A stretch of 64,000 nt of DNA from an uncultured Ignavibacteriales bacterium (GCA_947311785.1 CAMZLW010000079.1:4016-68015), one strand, 5' to 3'. Counted from the first letter of the stretch, positions 1 through 11,199 are shown. The notes: generated from the sequence alone by a model not told the origin. Program-made: numbers and translations.

Positions 1-455
1 TACTGAGCTTTAAGAGGTGTCTCTTTGAACTTACGTGCAAAATCCATTATATCATTGTTTGAATCGCGATTGTGAATAACAATTGGAAGTTCAAGTTCTA
101 ACGCCAATTGAATTTGCTTTTCAAAAGCTTGGTGCTGTTTTGCCTTTGGAGAAAAATCATAAAAATAATCGAGACCAATTTCACCAATGGCAACAACTTT
201 TTTATGTTTAGCTAACTCACGAAGTTCATCTATCCAAGCATCATCCCAATCCTTTGTATCGTGTGGATGAATACCAACAGTGGCGTAAATAAAACTATAT
301 TTTTCTGCTAATATAATTGCTTGCTTCGAGGTTTCAATGTCTGTTCCTGGAACAAGCATATATTTAACTCCAGCATCAAGAGCATTTTTAATTACTTCGT
401 CTCTATCTCCATCAAAATTATTGAGGAACAGATGAGTGTGTGTATCTATATACAT
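1..455 (-). CDS. tatD: TatD family hydrolase/DNase (runs off the window edge)
   Basis: Manual translation from ATG at 455: MYIDTHTHL...VGIHPH...VAIGEIGLDY...PIVIHNR, the TatD metal-binding motifs; not in the ORF track. Confidence 0.92.
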   Translation of the reverse strand, partial: MYIDTHTHLFLNNFDGDRDEVIKNALDAGVKYMLVPGTDIETSKQAIILAEKYSFIYATVGIHPHDTKDWDDAWIDELRELAKHKKVVAIGEIGLDYFYDFSPKAKQHQAFEKQIQLALELELPIVIHNRDSNNDIMDFARKFKETPLKAQ

Positions 456-458
456 AAG

Positions 459-597
459 TTTCAAATTCCAAAACACAAAGACCAAAATTCAAATAAAACC
501 CAAAGAACAAGCTATAATTTCAAAACAAGCAGTTTGGATTTTGGAATTTTGGATTTGCAATTTATTAGTTATTTATTATTTGCAATCTGGTAATTGG
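459..597. repeat. Inverted arrays of 7-bp tandem repeats (nnnCAAA left arm, TTTGnnn right arm)
   Basis: tttcaaa-ttccaaa-acacaaa-gaccaaa-attcaaa (459-493) faces tttggat-tttggaa-ttttgga-tttgcaa (533-560) and weaker copies. Confidence 0.7.
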
Positions 598-599
598 CG

Positions 600-1595
600 T
601 TATTCAACTCTTCCCATTACAAAACATTTTTCATTTAATTCTGTAGCAATCAATTTTACAGCTTCAACATCGTCTTTGCCAACAATTGCAATCATTCCTA
701 CACCAACATTAAAAGCTTTTCGCATCTCTTCATCAGAAATATTTCCTGTAGCTTTTATTAACTTAAAGATTGGTGGAAGTTCCCACGAACCCCAATCGAT
801 GTTTAGGCTTAATCCTTCTGGTACTACTCGCATTGTATTTCCTTCAATTCCTCCACCAGTAATATGAGAGAAAGCATGAACATTAATTTTATTAATAATA
901 GTTTGAATTATATTAAGATATGACTTATGAACTTGAAGTAATTCCTCTCCAATACTGTTTGCAAGTCCTGCTGGTTTATCGTTAACAGAATATTTACTGA
1001 ATAGCACTTTCCGTGCTAATGAATATCCATTTGTGTGCAAGCCAGTTGAGGGAAATCCAATAAGCACATCATCTTTTTGAACTTTATTGCCGTTAAGAAT
1101 TTTAGATTTTTCAATAATTCCAACTATGGTACCAGACATATCGTACTCTTCTTCTGCATAAAGGCCTGGCATTTCGGCAGTTTCACCACCAATTAATGCC
1201 ACATTATTTTCGCGACACGCTTTGCCAAATCCTTCCATAATATCTTCAGCAACTTTAGGGTCAAGTTTTCCAAAGGCCATATAGTCCATAAAATACTGTG
1301 GTATTGCACCACCAACGGCAATATCGTTTACACAATGGTTTACAAGATCTTGCCCAACCGTATTGTGCTTGTTCATCATAAAAGCCACTTTCAATTTTGT
1401 ACCAACACCATCAACACTTGATACTAGAACTGGATTATCATATTTTTTAAAATCCATTTCGTAGAAAGCACCAAAGTGTCCAATTCCTGAAAGTACATTT
1501 TTATTGAATGTCGATTTTACAATCTCTTTAATTTTGTCAACTGTCTTTTCACCAGCCTCAATATCAACACCAGAGTCTTTGTAGGATATACTCAT
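600..1595 (-). CDS. purM: Phosphoribosylformylglycinamidine cyclo-ligase (AIR synthase)
   Basis: YKDSGVDI, DGVGTK, GGETAEMPG, GLHTNGYSL and HITGGG motifs. Confidence 0.97.
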   Translation of the reverse strand: MSISYKDSGVDIEAGEKTVDKIKEIVKSTFNKNVLSGIGHFGAFYEMDFKKYDNPVLVSSVDGVGTKLKVAFMMNKHNTVGQDLVNHCVNDIAVGGAIPQYFMDYMAFGKLDPKVAEDIMEGFGKACRENNVALIGGETAEMPGLYAEEEYDMSGTIVGIIEKSKILNGNKVQKDDVLIGFPSTGLHTNGYSLARKVLFSKYSVNDKPAGLANSIGEELLQVHKSYLNIIQTIINKINVHAFSHITGGGIEGNTMRVVPEGLSLNIDWGSWELPPIFKLIKATGNISDEEMRKAFNVGVGMIAIVGKDDVEAVKLIATELNEKCFVMGRVE

Positions 1596-1868
1596 TTTCT
1601 ATTCCACTTAATTATTTTTTTAATTTGTAAAGATACTGATTTTAGTAGATTTAATTTTGTCAATTTAACTAAACATTCTCAATTTTTTGGGACATATCTA
1701 CCCAAATAAATCCACTAATATGAGAAAAATGGTTTTGCATTGTTATTGTATAACTATGCATGTTTTATCATTCATAAATAGTGCAATAATTTTTATTTGA
1801 TTTAATAAAAATATAATTGTTACATTCGCACCTTAAAAAAAAGAATAATAATAAATAAAGGTAAAAAT

Positions 1869-2177
1869 ATGTCTATTAAGAAAACCGAATTAAAATCTGG
1901 GAAATTCAAAGTTAGTTTCAAAATTTCGGATGATGCTGTAAAACAGTATTCAACTGCATCATTGGTTGGCGACTTTAACAATTGGAATTCATCAAAAGAT
2001 AAGATGAAGAAATTAAAAAAGGATGGTTCGTTCTCTATCCAAAAAACTCTTGAGAGTGGTAAAGAATATCAATTCAAATATTTATTAGATGGAGAGAATT
2101 GGATTAATGACCCAGAAACTGACAAGTTAGTTTCAACTCAATTTGAGGATTCTCAAAACTCGGTTGTTATACTTTAA
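1869..2177 (+). CDS. Stand-alone glycogen-binding (CBM48/isoamylase early-set) domain protein
   Basis: VGDFNNW...YQFKYLLDGENWINDP motif, 102 aa. Confidence 0.85.
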   Translation: MSIKKTELKSGKFKVSFKISDDAVKQYSTASLVGDFNNWNSSKDKMKKLKKDGSFSIQKTLESGKEYQFKYLLDGENWINDPETDKLVSTQFEDSQNSVVIL

Positions 2178-2206
2178 GGCTGATCGAAGTTTAGCATCAA
2201 ATATAG

Positions 2207-2232
2207 AAGCTCACTTTTGTGTGAGCTTTTTT
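2207..2232 (+). terminator. Rho-independent terminator
   Basis: aagctcac-ttttgt-gtgagctt followed by a T-tract. Confidence 0.8.
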
Positions 2233-2287
2233 GATCCAAGGCAAAAAGTATTAAATTGTAGATAAACAAATTACATAAAGAACGAAT

Positions 2288-3202
2288 ATGCCACATAGCC
2301 ACTCGCACAATCATCATCACAATGTTGAAGATATTTCAACCAGCAGATTATTTATAACTATGATGCTGAACTTTATAATTACAATTGCAGAACTAATTGG
2401 AGGAATAATATCTGGCTCACTTTCTCTTATTTCCGATGCCCTTCATAATTTTAGTGATGGCATTGCAATTATAATCAGTTATATAGCAATAAGATTAAAC
2501 AAGAAACCCAAGAACCAGCACTTTACTTTTGGGTTTAAGCGGGCGGAAATAATTGCTGCTGTTTTTAATGCATCTGTTTTAATTGGAATAAGCCTTTACT
2601 TGTTTGTTGAATCATATCACAGATTTACTTCGCCCAAACCCATTGAAGGCGGATTGATGATTGTAGTTGCTTCCATTGGATTGTTGGCAAATGTGATTGG
2701 AACACTTTTGCTTCAAAAAGGTGCTAAAGCAAATATGAATATAAAAGCTGCTTACCTTCATCTTTTGAGTGATGCAATTTCAAGTGTGGCAGTTATTGTT
2801 GGTGGAATTTTTATATACTTTTATAACATCTATTGGATTGACCCAGTATTAACAGTGCTTATTTCACTTTACATTATTAAAGCAAGTTACTCGATAGTAA
2901 AAGAAGCCACTATGGTTTTGATGATGGCAACACCAGATAATATTTCGATACAGGAAATTGAAAAAGAGATTACACAATTAAATGAAATTCAAAATATTCA
3001 CCACGTCCATCTGTGGCGTGTTAACGATAAAGAAATACATTTTGAAGCCCACATAAATGTCGCAGATATGTTAGTAAGCAATACAGATATTGTTATTGAC
3101 CGTGTTGAAAAATTATTGCAAGATAAATTTAAGATACAACATGTTACTCTACAATTTGAATGTAACAAATGTGATAATGTTGAGTTGATTAATGGACATT
3201 AA
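2288..3202 (+). CDS. czcD: Cation diffusion facilitator (Zn/Co/Cd efflux)
   Basis: His-rich N-terminus, SDALHNFSD, HLLSD and HHVHLW motifs, about 6 TM. Confidence 0.92.
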   Translation: MPHSHSHNHHHNVEDISTSRLFITMMLNFIITIAELIGGIISGSLSLISDALHNFSDGIAIIISYIAIRLNKKPKNQHFTFGFKRAEIIAAVFNASVLIGISLYLFVESYHRFTSPKPIEGGLMIVVASIGLLANVIGTLLLQKGAKANMNIKAAYLHLLSDAISSVAVIVGGIFIYFYNIYWIDPVLTVLISLYIIKASYSIVKEATMVLMMATPDNISIQEIEKEITQLNEIQNIHHVHLWRVNDKEIHFEAHINVADMLVSNTDIVIDRVEKLLQDKFKIQHVTLQFECNKCDNVELINGH

Positions 3203-3248
3203 AAAGACATTCCACTTATTGAATTGACTGTAAAGAAAAAATTAAGAC

Positions 3249-4292
3249 CTAATTTGCTCTAAAATATTTCTCTCTAAATTTAAGTGAAACCCCTACTAAT
3301 GCTATTAATACTGGAACTTCAACCAAAGGACCAATTACAGCGGCAAAGGCTACTCCAGAATTTATTCCGAACATAGCAATAGCAACTGCAATTGCTAATT
3401 CAAAATTATTGCTAGCTGCAGTAAATGAAAGTGTTGTTGCCTTTGGATAGTTTGCACCTAGTTTCTTGCTCATAAAAAACGAGACTAGAAACATTACCAC
3501 AAAATAGATAACAAGCGGAATTGCAATTCTAAAAACATCCAACGGAATTTTTATTATGTTCTCGCCTTTAAGTGAAAACATCACAAGTATAGTAAAGAGT
3601 AGGGCGTAAAGAGTTATAGGTGAAATTTTAGGAATAAAAACTTTGTTGTACCAGTTAACTCCTTTCTTTTTAAGTAACAGAAAGCGTGTAATCATTCCAG
3701 CAAAAAACGGAATACCTAAGTAAATTAGAACTGATTTGGCAACTTGCCCAATTGTAATATCTATTTCTATTCCTTTTAATCCAAACCAACCAGGAAGAAC
3801 GGTTAAAAACACGTAAGCATAAACTGAAAAAAAGAGTACCTGAAAAATGGAATTGAATGCAACTAAACCTGCAGCGTACTCGCGGTCTCCGTGTGCTAAA
3901 TCATTCCAAACTATTACCATTGCAATGCAACGTGCAAGCCCAATAAGAATAAGCCCAACCATATATTCTGGATAATTGTGCAAAAACAAAATTGCAAGAG
4001 TAAACATTAGCAATGGACCAATAATCCAATTTTGCACTAAAGACAAAGTAAGTATTTTTGTGTCCTTAAAAACATCGCCAAGTTCTTCGTATTTTACTTT
4101 TGCTAGTGGAGGGTACATCATAAGTATCAGTCCAACAGCTATAGGAATATTTGTTGTTCCACTATTAAAAGTATTCCAAAACTCAACAATGCCTGGATTA
4201 AGATAACCCCACAATACACCAATTAGCATTGCAAGAAATATCCATAGTGTTAAATATCTATCTAAAAATTTGAGTTTGCTTTTTGTTTTCAT
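3249..4292 (-). CDS. acr3: ACR3 family arsenite efflux transporter
   Basis: [35 protein letters not shown] and GPLVEVP motifs. Confidence 0.95.
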   Translation of the reverse strand: MKTKSKLKFLDRYLTLWIFLAMLIGVLWGYLNPGIVEFWNTFNSGTTNIPIAVGLILMMYPPLAKVKYEELGDVFKDTKILTLSLVQNWIIGPLLMFTLAILFLHNYPEYMVGLILIGLARCIAMVIVWNDLAHGDREYAAGLVAFNSIFQVLFFSVYAYVFLTVLPGWFGLKGIEIDITIGQVAKSVLIYLGIPFFAGMITRFLLLKKKGVNWYNKVFIPKISPITLYALLFTILVMFSLKGENIIKIPLDVFRIAIPLVIYFVVMFLVSFFMSKKLGANYPKATTLSFTAASNNFELAIAVAIAMFGINSGVAFAAVIGPLVEVPVLIALVGVSLKFREKYFRAN

Positions 4293-4308
4293 AAATTTTT
4301 GTTTGGAT

Positions 4309-4388
4309 TATGAGATACAAGATGTGAGACATGAGACTTTAATTTTTTTCTACTTCAAAATTTCGTGTTCGTTCGTGCTTTTCGTGGC
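4309..4388. repeat. Short degenerate tandem repeats between arsC and acr3
   Basis: Four 7-mers (tatgaga-tacaaga-tgtgaga-catgaga, 4309-4336) and ttcgtg at 4362, 4372 and 4381. Confidence 0.55.
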
Positions 4389-4392
4389 AGAT

Positions 4393-4812
4393 TTATTTTA
4401 TTGAACAATACCATTTCCAAAAATCTTGTTTTATTTCATCTCTAATTTTTCTAAACTCATTTGTGATTTCCTCCTCTGTTCCAACAGCATCTGCAGGGTC
4501 ATCAAACCCAATGTGGAGTTGCTCTTTTACACTTCCAACAAAAACTGGACAAGTCTCTTTTGCGTTTCCACAAACTGTAATTACATAATCAAAAGACATT
4601 AAAAGATATTTATCAACACTTTCTGGTTTACCATTGCTAATGTCAATTCCAACTTCACTCATTACCTGCACAGCTTTTGGATGAACTTCCAACGATGGCT
4701 TTGTTCCAGCAGAAAAAACTGTTAACTCACTATCAAACGATTTCAAAAATCCTTCTGCCATTTGACTTCGGCACGAATTACCCGTGCAAAGAATTAAAAT
4801 ACTAAGTTTCAT
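4393..4812 (-). CDS. arsC: Thioredoxin-coupled arsenate reductase (LMW-PTP fold)
   Basis: CTGNSCRS P-loop, TVC...TCP redox cysteines, FDDP; upstream of acr3. Confidence 0.93.
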   Translation of the reverse strand: MKLSILILCTGNSCRSQMAEGFLKSFDSELTVFSAGTKPSLEVHPKAVQVMSEVGIDISNGKPESVDKYLLMSFDYVITVCGNAKETCPVFVGSVKEQLHIGFDDPADAVGTEEEITNEFRKIRDEIKQDFWKWYCSIK

Positions 4813-4843
4813 AAAATTACTTGTTGTTTATAACAATATTGTG

Positions 4844-4851
4844 CAAAGATA
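4844..4851 (-). promoter_or_regulatory. Bacteroidota-type -7 promoter box (TATCTTTG) for arsC-acr3
   Basis: Exact TAnnTTTG match about 30 nt upstream of the arsC ATG. Confidence 0.6.
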
Positions 4852-4895
4852 TGTTTTAAAAAAATAAAAATCTTGCTTGGAATGTTAAACTTGAG

Positions 4896-5498
4896 TTAAG
4901 ATTTGTGTGAACCAATAATAATGTGGTTTCCATTAATTAACTGCAATGAAATGCCTGAGGTTAATGGTTGTTTATATTTATTACCATTTTCATTTAGAGA
5001 AAAATGAATTTTATTTTGTGGATTGTATTTACCATTACGAATTGTGTTTAATTCGCATCGTAAAATTTGGCTAACTGGAATTTTTTTATTTAATGCAGGA
5101 AAACTTTTAAGATGCAACTCGTTATTTTTAATTTCTAAGGTTAGCATCTTTTTTCTTGAAATAATAAAGATTGTAAAAAGAAAAAGTGCAAAATAGCCTC
5201 CAACAAAGGAGGAAGTAACAAGACTATTAAAACTTATAAAAGATGTTGATACAATTTTGGTAAAGACTACCATTAGTACAATAAGTAAAAAAGAAAGAAT
5301 TGAAAAATTAAGAAGATAATTTTGAAAAGATGGCTCGTCTTTGCTATTTTTTTTGGGGATGGATTTTGTAAAAAGGTTAAGCTCAGAATGATTTATTTTA
5401 TTTTTACTAACTATGGAATTTTCACCAAAAATAATCTCATCTGCAAAATCTACTGAATTATTCCCTCTATATTTTAATTGGTTGTTAATATAATCCAT
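4896..5498 (-). CDS. Hypothetical membrane protein (2 TM plus soluble C-terminal domain)
   Basis: 200-aa ORF with two hydrophobic segments; no recognisable family. Confidence 0.6.
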   Translation of the reverse strand: MDYINNQLKYRGNNSVDFADEIIFGENSIVSKNKINHSELNLFTKSIPKKNSKDEPSFQNYLLNFSILSFLLIVLMVVFTKIVSTSFISFNSLVTSSFVGGYFALFLFTIFIISRKKMLTLEIKNNELHLKSFPALNKKIPVSQILRCELNTIRNGKYNPQNKIHFSLNENGNKYKQPLTSGISLQLINGNHIIIGSHKS

Positions 5499-5826
5499 TT
5501 TTCTTAGTTAATAAAAATTTTTAATGCACAAATAATATAAAGATTCACTTTAATTGTCAAGTCTAAAATGTTTGGTATCAACAACTTGACATCATAAAGT
5601 CTTTTCACATATAGTCGTGAGAAAAAACAAAAAGTACAAATGGCTTTTTTAAGTTAGACTTTCCTATACACGATACTTTTAAAAACTAATAGTTCAAAAA
5701 AATTTACTATTTGAAAATGATATTATTAATAATACAACTGCATAAATTTCTTAATTGAGAAAGATGTTTTATTTGTTTATTTTTGTAAAATATATATTTT
5801 TTAAAACATAGAACAAGGAGTAAAAG

Positions 5827-7428
5827 ATGTCTCTTGATTTATCTAAGTATGGAATTAAAGATGTAGTTGAAATATTTCATAACCCCTCTTACGAACTATT
5901 ATTTGAACACGAAACTAACCCGAACCTTGAAGGATATGAAAAAGGACAAGTATCAGAACTTGGTGCAGTAAATGTTATGACTGGCATATTCACTGGTCGT
6001 TCACCAAAAGATAAATTTATTGTTAAAGATGATGTAACACGCGATACAATGTGGTGGACATCCGACAAAGCAAAAAATGATAATAAACCAACTACTCCAG
6101 AAGTTTGGACAGATTTGAAAAAATTAGTTGGCAATCAACTATCTGGGAAAAAACTATACGTAATGGATACTTTTGCAGGTGCAAATGAAGATTCTCGCCT
6201 TAAAGTTCGTTTTATTATGGAAGTTGCATGGCAAGCACATTTTGTGAAAAACATGTTCATTCGTCCAACTGAAGAAGAATTAGCAAATTATGGCGAACCC
6301 GATTTTGTTTCGATGAATGGTGCAAAAGTAGTAAACCCAGATTGGGAAAAACATGGTTTGCATTCAGAAAATTTCACAGTTTTTAATTTAACTGAAAAAA
6401 TGCACGTTGTTGGCGGTTCTTGGTATGGTGGCGAAATGAAAAAAGGCATTTTCGCAATGATGAACTATTACCTGCCACTTAACGGAATGGCTTCAATGCA
6501 CTGTTCTGCAAATGTTGGAAAAGATGGTGATACAGCAATTTTCTTTGGTCTTTCTGGAACTGGGAAAACTACTCTTTCAACCGACCCAAAACGCCAACTT
6601 ATTGGCGATGACGAACATGGTTGGGATGACAACGGTGTATTTAACTTTGAAGGTGGTTGTTACGCTAAAACTATTAATCTTGATAAAGAATCTGAACCAG
6701 ATATTTTTGGTGCAATAAAAAGGGATGCACTTTTAGAAAATGTTACTCTTGATGAAAATGGTAAAATTGATTTTACTGATGGTTCAGTAACACAAAACAC
6801 TCGTGTTTCGTATCCAATTTACCACATCGATAATATTGTAAAACCAGTTTCAAAAGGTGGACATGCAAGCAAAGTAATCTTCCTAACAGCAGATGCTTTT
6901 GGTGTTATGCCTCCTGTTTCTAAATTAACTCCAGCTCAAACTAAATATCATTTCCTTTCTGGATTTACAGCCAAGTTAGCTGGAACAGAAAGAGGTGTTA
7001 CTACTCCTCAACCAACATTTTCTGCTTGTTTTGGTGCAGCTTTCTTATCTCTTCATCCAACAAAATATGGTGAAGAATTAGTAAAAAAGATGGATGCTAA
7101 TAATGCAAAAGCATATCTTGTTAATACTGGATGGAACGGAACGGGTAAAAGAATTTCAATTAAAGATACTCGTGGAATTATTGATGCAATTCTTGATGGT
7201 TCAATTGAGAAAGCTGAAACGAAAATAATGCCTATTTTTAATTTAGAAGTACCTCTTGCATTGCATGATGTTGACCCAACAATTCTTGACCCTCGTGATA
7301 CTTATTCTGACGCATCAGAATGGGATAAAAAAGCGAAAGAATTGGCAGAATTGTTCATCAAAAACTTTGCACAATACACAGATAATGATGAAGGCAAATC
7401 TCTTGTAGCTGCCGGACCTCAATTATAA
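5827..7428 (+). CDS. pckA: Phosphoenolpyruvate carboxykinase (ATP)
   Basis: [32 protein letters not shown] and NFEGGCYAK motifs; AGGAG SD. Confidence 0.98.
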   Translation: MSLDLSKYGIKDVVEIFHNPSYELLFEHETNPNLEGYEKGQVSELGAVNVMTGIFTGRSPKDKFIVKDDVTRDTMWWTSDKAKNDNKPTTPEVWTDLKKLVGNQLSGKKLYVMDTFAGANEDSRLKVRFIMEVAWQAHFVKNMFIRPTEEELANYGEPDFVSMNGAKVVNPDWEKHGLHSENFTVFNLTEKMHVVGGSWYGGEMKKGIFAMMNYYLPLNGMASMHCSANVGKDGDTAIFFGLSGTGKTTLSTDPKRQLIGDDEHGWDDNGVFNFEGGCYAKTINLDKESEPDIFGAIKRDALLENVTLDENGKIDFTDGSVTQNTRVSYPIYHIDNIVKPVSKGGHASKVIFLTADAFGVMPPVSKLTPAQTKYHFLSGFTAKLAGTERGVTTPQPTFSACFGAAFLSLHPTKYGEELVKKMDANNAKAYLVNTGWNGTGKRISIKDTRGIIDAILDGSIEKAETKIMPIFNLEVPLALHDVDPTILDPRDTYSDASEWDKKAKELAELFIKNFAQYTDNDEGKSLVAAGPQL

Positions 7429-7454
7429 GTTGTAAAATAAGTATTCTAATTATC

Positions 7455-7490
7455 ATGGCGAGTCATTTTTTTTTGACTCGCCATTTTTTT
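7455..7490 (+). terminator. Rho-independent terminator of pckA
   Basis: atggcgagtca/tgactcgccat 11-bp stem followed by a T-tract. Confidence 0.9.
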
Positions 7491-7743
7491 ATTGGGATTT
7501 TAAAGAATAAATATATATTCTTTAGTTTTATATCTTAAATCCGATATATGTGTTTTTTGTTGCTCTATGTCTTAAAATATTACATCCCTCTCGAAATGAT
7601 TCGTATCTAATCGAGTTTATGCTAATATTTGGGTGTAAAACCATATATTTAGTGGAACGATTATTGCCCTAAATTATTGTTAAGAATATTTTAAAAAAAA
7701 GAAAGCGAGAAAGAAGTGCAAAAAAATTTATCCGGAGGACCTT

Positions 7744-10700
7744 TTGGATAATTTATTTTTAAACGCACCAATTGGTATTGTAATTGTTGATGCAAATTTT
7801 GTAATTAATAGTGCAAATTTAACTGTTTTACAGTTCCAACTGGCACCAGCAAACTCAATTGATGAGCTTATTGGGCTACGCATAGATACATTACCAATAT
7901 TTAAGACTCCTAGATTAATAAATGATTTGTTCGAACTAAAGGAGGGAATTCCTTTTGAATCAGAACTATCTAACAATCATACACTTGATGGAAATGAAAT
8001 TACTGTTATTTTAAAAGCATCACCTAATTTTGAAAATGGCGTTTTTACAGGTGCACTTTTTGTAATTGAAGATTTCAAAGTTCCTTTAGCTTTATCTCCC
8101 GACAAAGTAATTGAGAACGAACTTTTTAATAAATTTATTAAATCTATTTCCGATTATTTTATAATAACCAATAATAGGGGTGAAATAATTTACTCGCCCC
8201 CAATTGGCTCACTAAAATCACACAACAATATATTTAACAAAAAATATCAATCTATACAACAAATATTCAGTGGCAAATACAAAGAAGAAATAACTAAACT
8301 TTTTGATGAAGCAATAGAATTACAAAAACCTATATTTTCACAAGGTATAACAGACGATATCAATACTTCCATTAGCTTCCAATTAAATTTTATTCCTATT
8401 ACTGATGATAAGAAAAAAACAAATTTTGTATTTATTCTATTTGAAGATATTACAGACACCTTTAATAAAATAAAAAATTTAGAAACCGAAGCAAAAGAAT
8501 TAAGAACATATCAATTAATAGCATCAACTGTTTTAGATGCAATAATTGCATTTGATACAAAAGGGATTATTACATTTTGGAACAATGCTGCAACAAAAGT
8601 ATTTGGTTTAAGCAAAATTGAAACTTACGGCAAATTTATTGGAAGTATTATTGAAGATTTTAGCCGAGATTATTTTGATAAAGCAATTAACACATTAAAA
8701 GAGGCTAGTATTTTTGAAACAAAAATTTTGTTCAATCTTCATGGAATCAATAGAACTATTTCAATAAAAATGGCTTTGGCAGAGGATGACAATTCACAAT
8801 CGGTAGTAGCACTATGCTCAAATATTACCGACAGAGAAAATCTAGAAAAAGCTCTTAGAAATTCAGAAGAAACATTTCGAAATATTGTTACTAATACTCG
8901 CGAATATATTTGCACATACACATTAGAGGGAAAAATAACATATAGCAATCCATATTTTATAGAAAGATTTGGCTATTCGGAAAATGAACTGCAAAACAAA
9001 GAAATTGCAAGCCTAATTGATTTAGACGAATTAGACAACAAAAAATTTAAGTTGAATAAACTAATTAACGAAGATTCTGAAATAATGGAGCTTCCACTAA
9101 TTAAAAAGAATGGCGAAAAAGTTTATGTGCTTGCAAACTTTACAACCGTTTCCGATTTACAAGGCAAACCAAGATATTACATTGCAGTCTTTACCGATAT
9201 TTCTGATAAAAAAGAGAGTGAAGAAGAACTAAACTTAATTCAATCAGTTTTTGAAGCCGCTGTTGAAGGAATTGTTTTAACAACCAATGAAAAAATATAC
9301 ATGGCAAATATTGCTTTTGCTAAAATGTTTGGATATGAATCTATTAGCGAAATTTTACAAATGAACTCGTTAGATTTTATTTGTGAAAAAGATAGGCTAA
9401 GAGCTAAAGCAGATTATGATAATAGAGGAACTGAGAACAATACAATTAAATATATTTATGAAGGCAAAAAAAAGAATAACGAAGTAATTATTATTGAAAA
9501 ATGGATTAAACAATTCACTTCGCAACATAACGAATACGTTATTGAAACATACATTGATATTACCGCACAGCAAAAAGCAAAAATTGCCCTTGAAAAATCG
9601 GAAGAAAGATACCGAAGCATTACAGAAAATATTGACGATGCCATTTGGACTTTAGAATTTGATGATAAACAAAATACAAATTTATACATATCACCATCAA
9701 TACTGGAAATTACACAATATAGCGACCTTGAATTTAAGAGCGATGCTAAACTTTGGATTAGAATAATTCACCCAAATGATAAACAAGTTGTAATATCCAA
9801 ACTTAGAAGAGTATTAAAAGATAAAGTTAGAAAACAAGTTGAATTAGAATATCGAATTCTTGATAAACATGGTGAATTAATTTGGGTAAAAAATAAACTT
9901 AATATATTTAGAGATGATTTTGGGAAAATAGAAAAAATATTCGGACTTTTCTCTGATATTACTTCAAGCAAAAAAGATGCTGAAAAGTTGCAAAACACTA
10001 CTAACGAGCTTCAAACAATAAACGAATCGAAAGATAAATTTATTTCCATTATCTCTCACGATTTACGAACGCCGTTTAGCTCAATTCTTGGCTTTACCGA
10101 TATACTTCTTATGGATGACGACATTACGGAAGAGAAACAAAAAGAGTATATTGGCTTCATTCAAGAATCTGCACAAAATATGCTTAAGTTGGTTAATTCA
10201 ATATTAGATTGGACTCGTTTACAAACTGGACGTATTGATTATATCGCTGAAAGATTAGATATTAAAACAGTTGTTACAAATTCCATTCAGATGCTTGCTG
10301 GTAGTGCAATTAAGAAAAACATAAAATTATATTCTACAATTGAACAAGAAGTATTTGTTCATGGCGATAGGAATTTACTTCTACAAGTTTTTAACAATTT
10401 AATTTCTAACGCAATTAAGTTTACAAACGAAGATGGTGAAATTTTTATTTCTGCCGAGCCACTTATCGATAAAAAAGTTATTCAGTTTAGTGTTAACGAT
10501 ACAGGAATTGGAATTTCTGACAGTAATATTGAAAAATTGTTTTCTGTTGATTCTAAATATACTACCGATGGAACAAAAGGAGAAAAGGGTAGCGGACTTG
10601 GACTCTCGCTTGTAAAAGAAATAATTCTAAAACATGGTGGTGAAATTTCTGTACAAAGTGCCGAGGGAATGGGGACTTCCTTTATTTTTACAATTCCTAT

Positions 10701-11088
10701 TTCTTCAACAAAAATTTTGTTAATTGATGATGTGCAATCGGATGTAATTTTGTATAAAAAATTATTAAATAATATTATGCCAAATTATCAAGTTGAAGTT
10801 GCTTACGATGGTGCTGAGGGATTTGAAGTAATTAAAAATATGATGCCCGCACTAGTTATTACCGATCACACTATGCCCAAAATGAGTGGGTTCGATTTAG
10901 TAAAAAAAGTAATGCATAGCAACATAAAATATAAGCCACCTATTATTGTTCTTAGTAGCGACACAACAAAATTAATTGCGGAAGAATACGAAGAGCTTGG
11001 CGTTGAATATATTTTCAAGAAACCAGTTGGCTTAACTGTGTTTAAAAATGCGATAGAAAAATCAATACAAAAAGCTTTGATAACATAA
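7744..11088 (+). CDS. Cytoplasmic multi-PAS hybrid sensor histidine kinase with C-terminal receiver domain
   Basis: Several PAS/PAC repeats, SHDLRTPF H-box, NLISNAIKF, DTGIG, GSGLGL, REC (LIDD...ITDHTMP...KP); no TM segment. Confidence 0.93.
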   Translation: MDNLFLNAPIGIVIVDANFVINSANLTVLQFQLAPANSIDELIGLRIDTLPIFKTPRLINDLFELKEGIPFESELSNNHTLDGNEITVILKASPNFENGVFTGALFVIEDFKVPLALSPDKVIENELFNKFIKSISDYFIITNNRGEIIYSPPIGSLKSHNNIFNKKYQSIQQIFSGKYKEEITKLFDEAIELQKPIFSQGITDDINTSISFQLNFIPITDDKKKTNFVFILFEDITDTFNKIKNLETEAKELRTYQLIASTVLDAIIAFDTKGIITFWNNAATKVFGLSKIETYGKFIGSIIEDFSRDYFDKAINTLKEASIFETKILFNLHGINRTISIKMALAEDDNSQSVVALCSNITDRENLEKALRNSEETFRNIVTNTREYICTYTLEGKITYSNPYFIERFGYSENELQNKEIASLIDLDELDNKKFKLNKLINEDSEIMELPLIKKNGEKVYVLANFTTVSDLQGKPRYYIAVFTDISDKKESEEELNLIQSVFEAAVEGIVLTTNEKIYMANIAFAKMFGYESISEILQMNSLDFICEKDRLRAKADYDNRGTENNTIKYIYEGKKKNNEVIIIEKWIKQFTSQHNEYVIETYIDITAQQKAKIALEKSEERYRSITENIDDAIWTLEFDDKQNTNLYISPSILEITQYSDLEFKSDAKLWIRIIHPNDKQVVISKLRRVLKDKVRKQVELEYRILDKHGELIWVKNKLNIFRDDFGKIEKIFGLFSDITSSKKDAEKLQNTTNELQTINESKDKFISIISHDLRTPFSSILGFTDILLMDDDITEEKQKEYIGFIQESAQNMLKLVNSILDWTRLQTGRIDYIAERLDIKTVVTNSIQMLAGSAIKKNIKLYSTIEQEVFVHGDRNLLLQVFNNLISNAIKFTNEDGEIFISAEPLIDKKVIQFSVNDTGIGISDSNIEKLFSVDSKYTTDGTKGEKGSGLGLSLVKEIILKHGGEISVQSAEGMGTSFIFTIPISSTKILLIDDVQSDVILYKKLLNNIMPNYQVEVAYDGAEGFEVIKNMMPALVITDHTMPKMSGFDLVKKVMHSNIKYKPPIIVLSSDTTKLIAEEYEELGVEYIFKKPVGLTVFKNAIEKSIQKALIT

Positions 11089-11199
11089 CAATGTAAATCA
11101 GAAGTTGTAGGTTTTATAAAATTGCCATCCAATTTCTACATCATGAATCAAAAAAAATTCCAGCTTTTAAAATTAAAATGCTTTAATTGATGTTTTTTT

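Noticed and set aside
321..867. Plus-strand ORFs 321-593 and 436-867
   Set aside because: They are antisense shadows of tatD and purM running through the heptamer repeat
7716..7746. Possible frameshifted GTG start for the hybrid kinase across an A7 run
   Set aside because: A good GGAGG SD precedes the in-frame TTG at 7744, so no frameshift is needed
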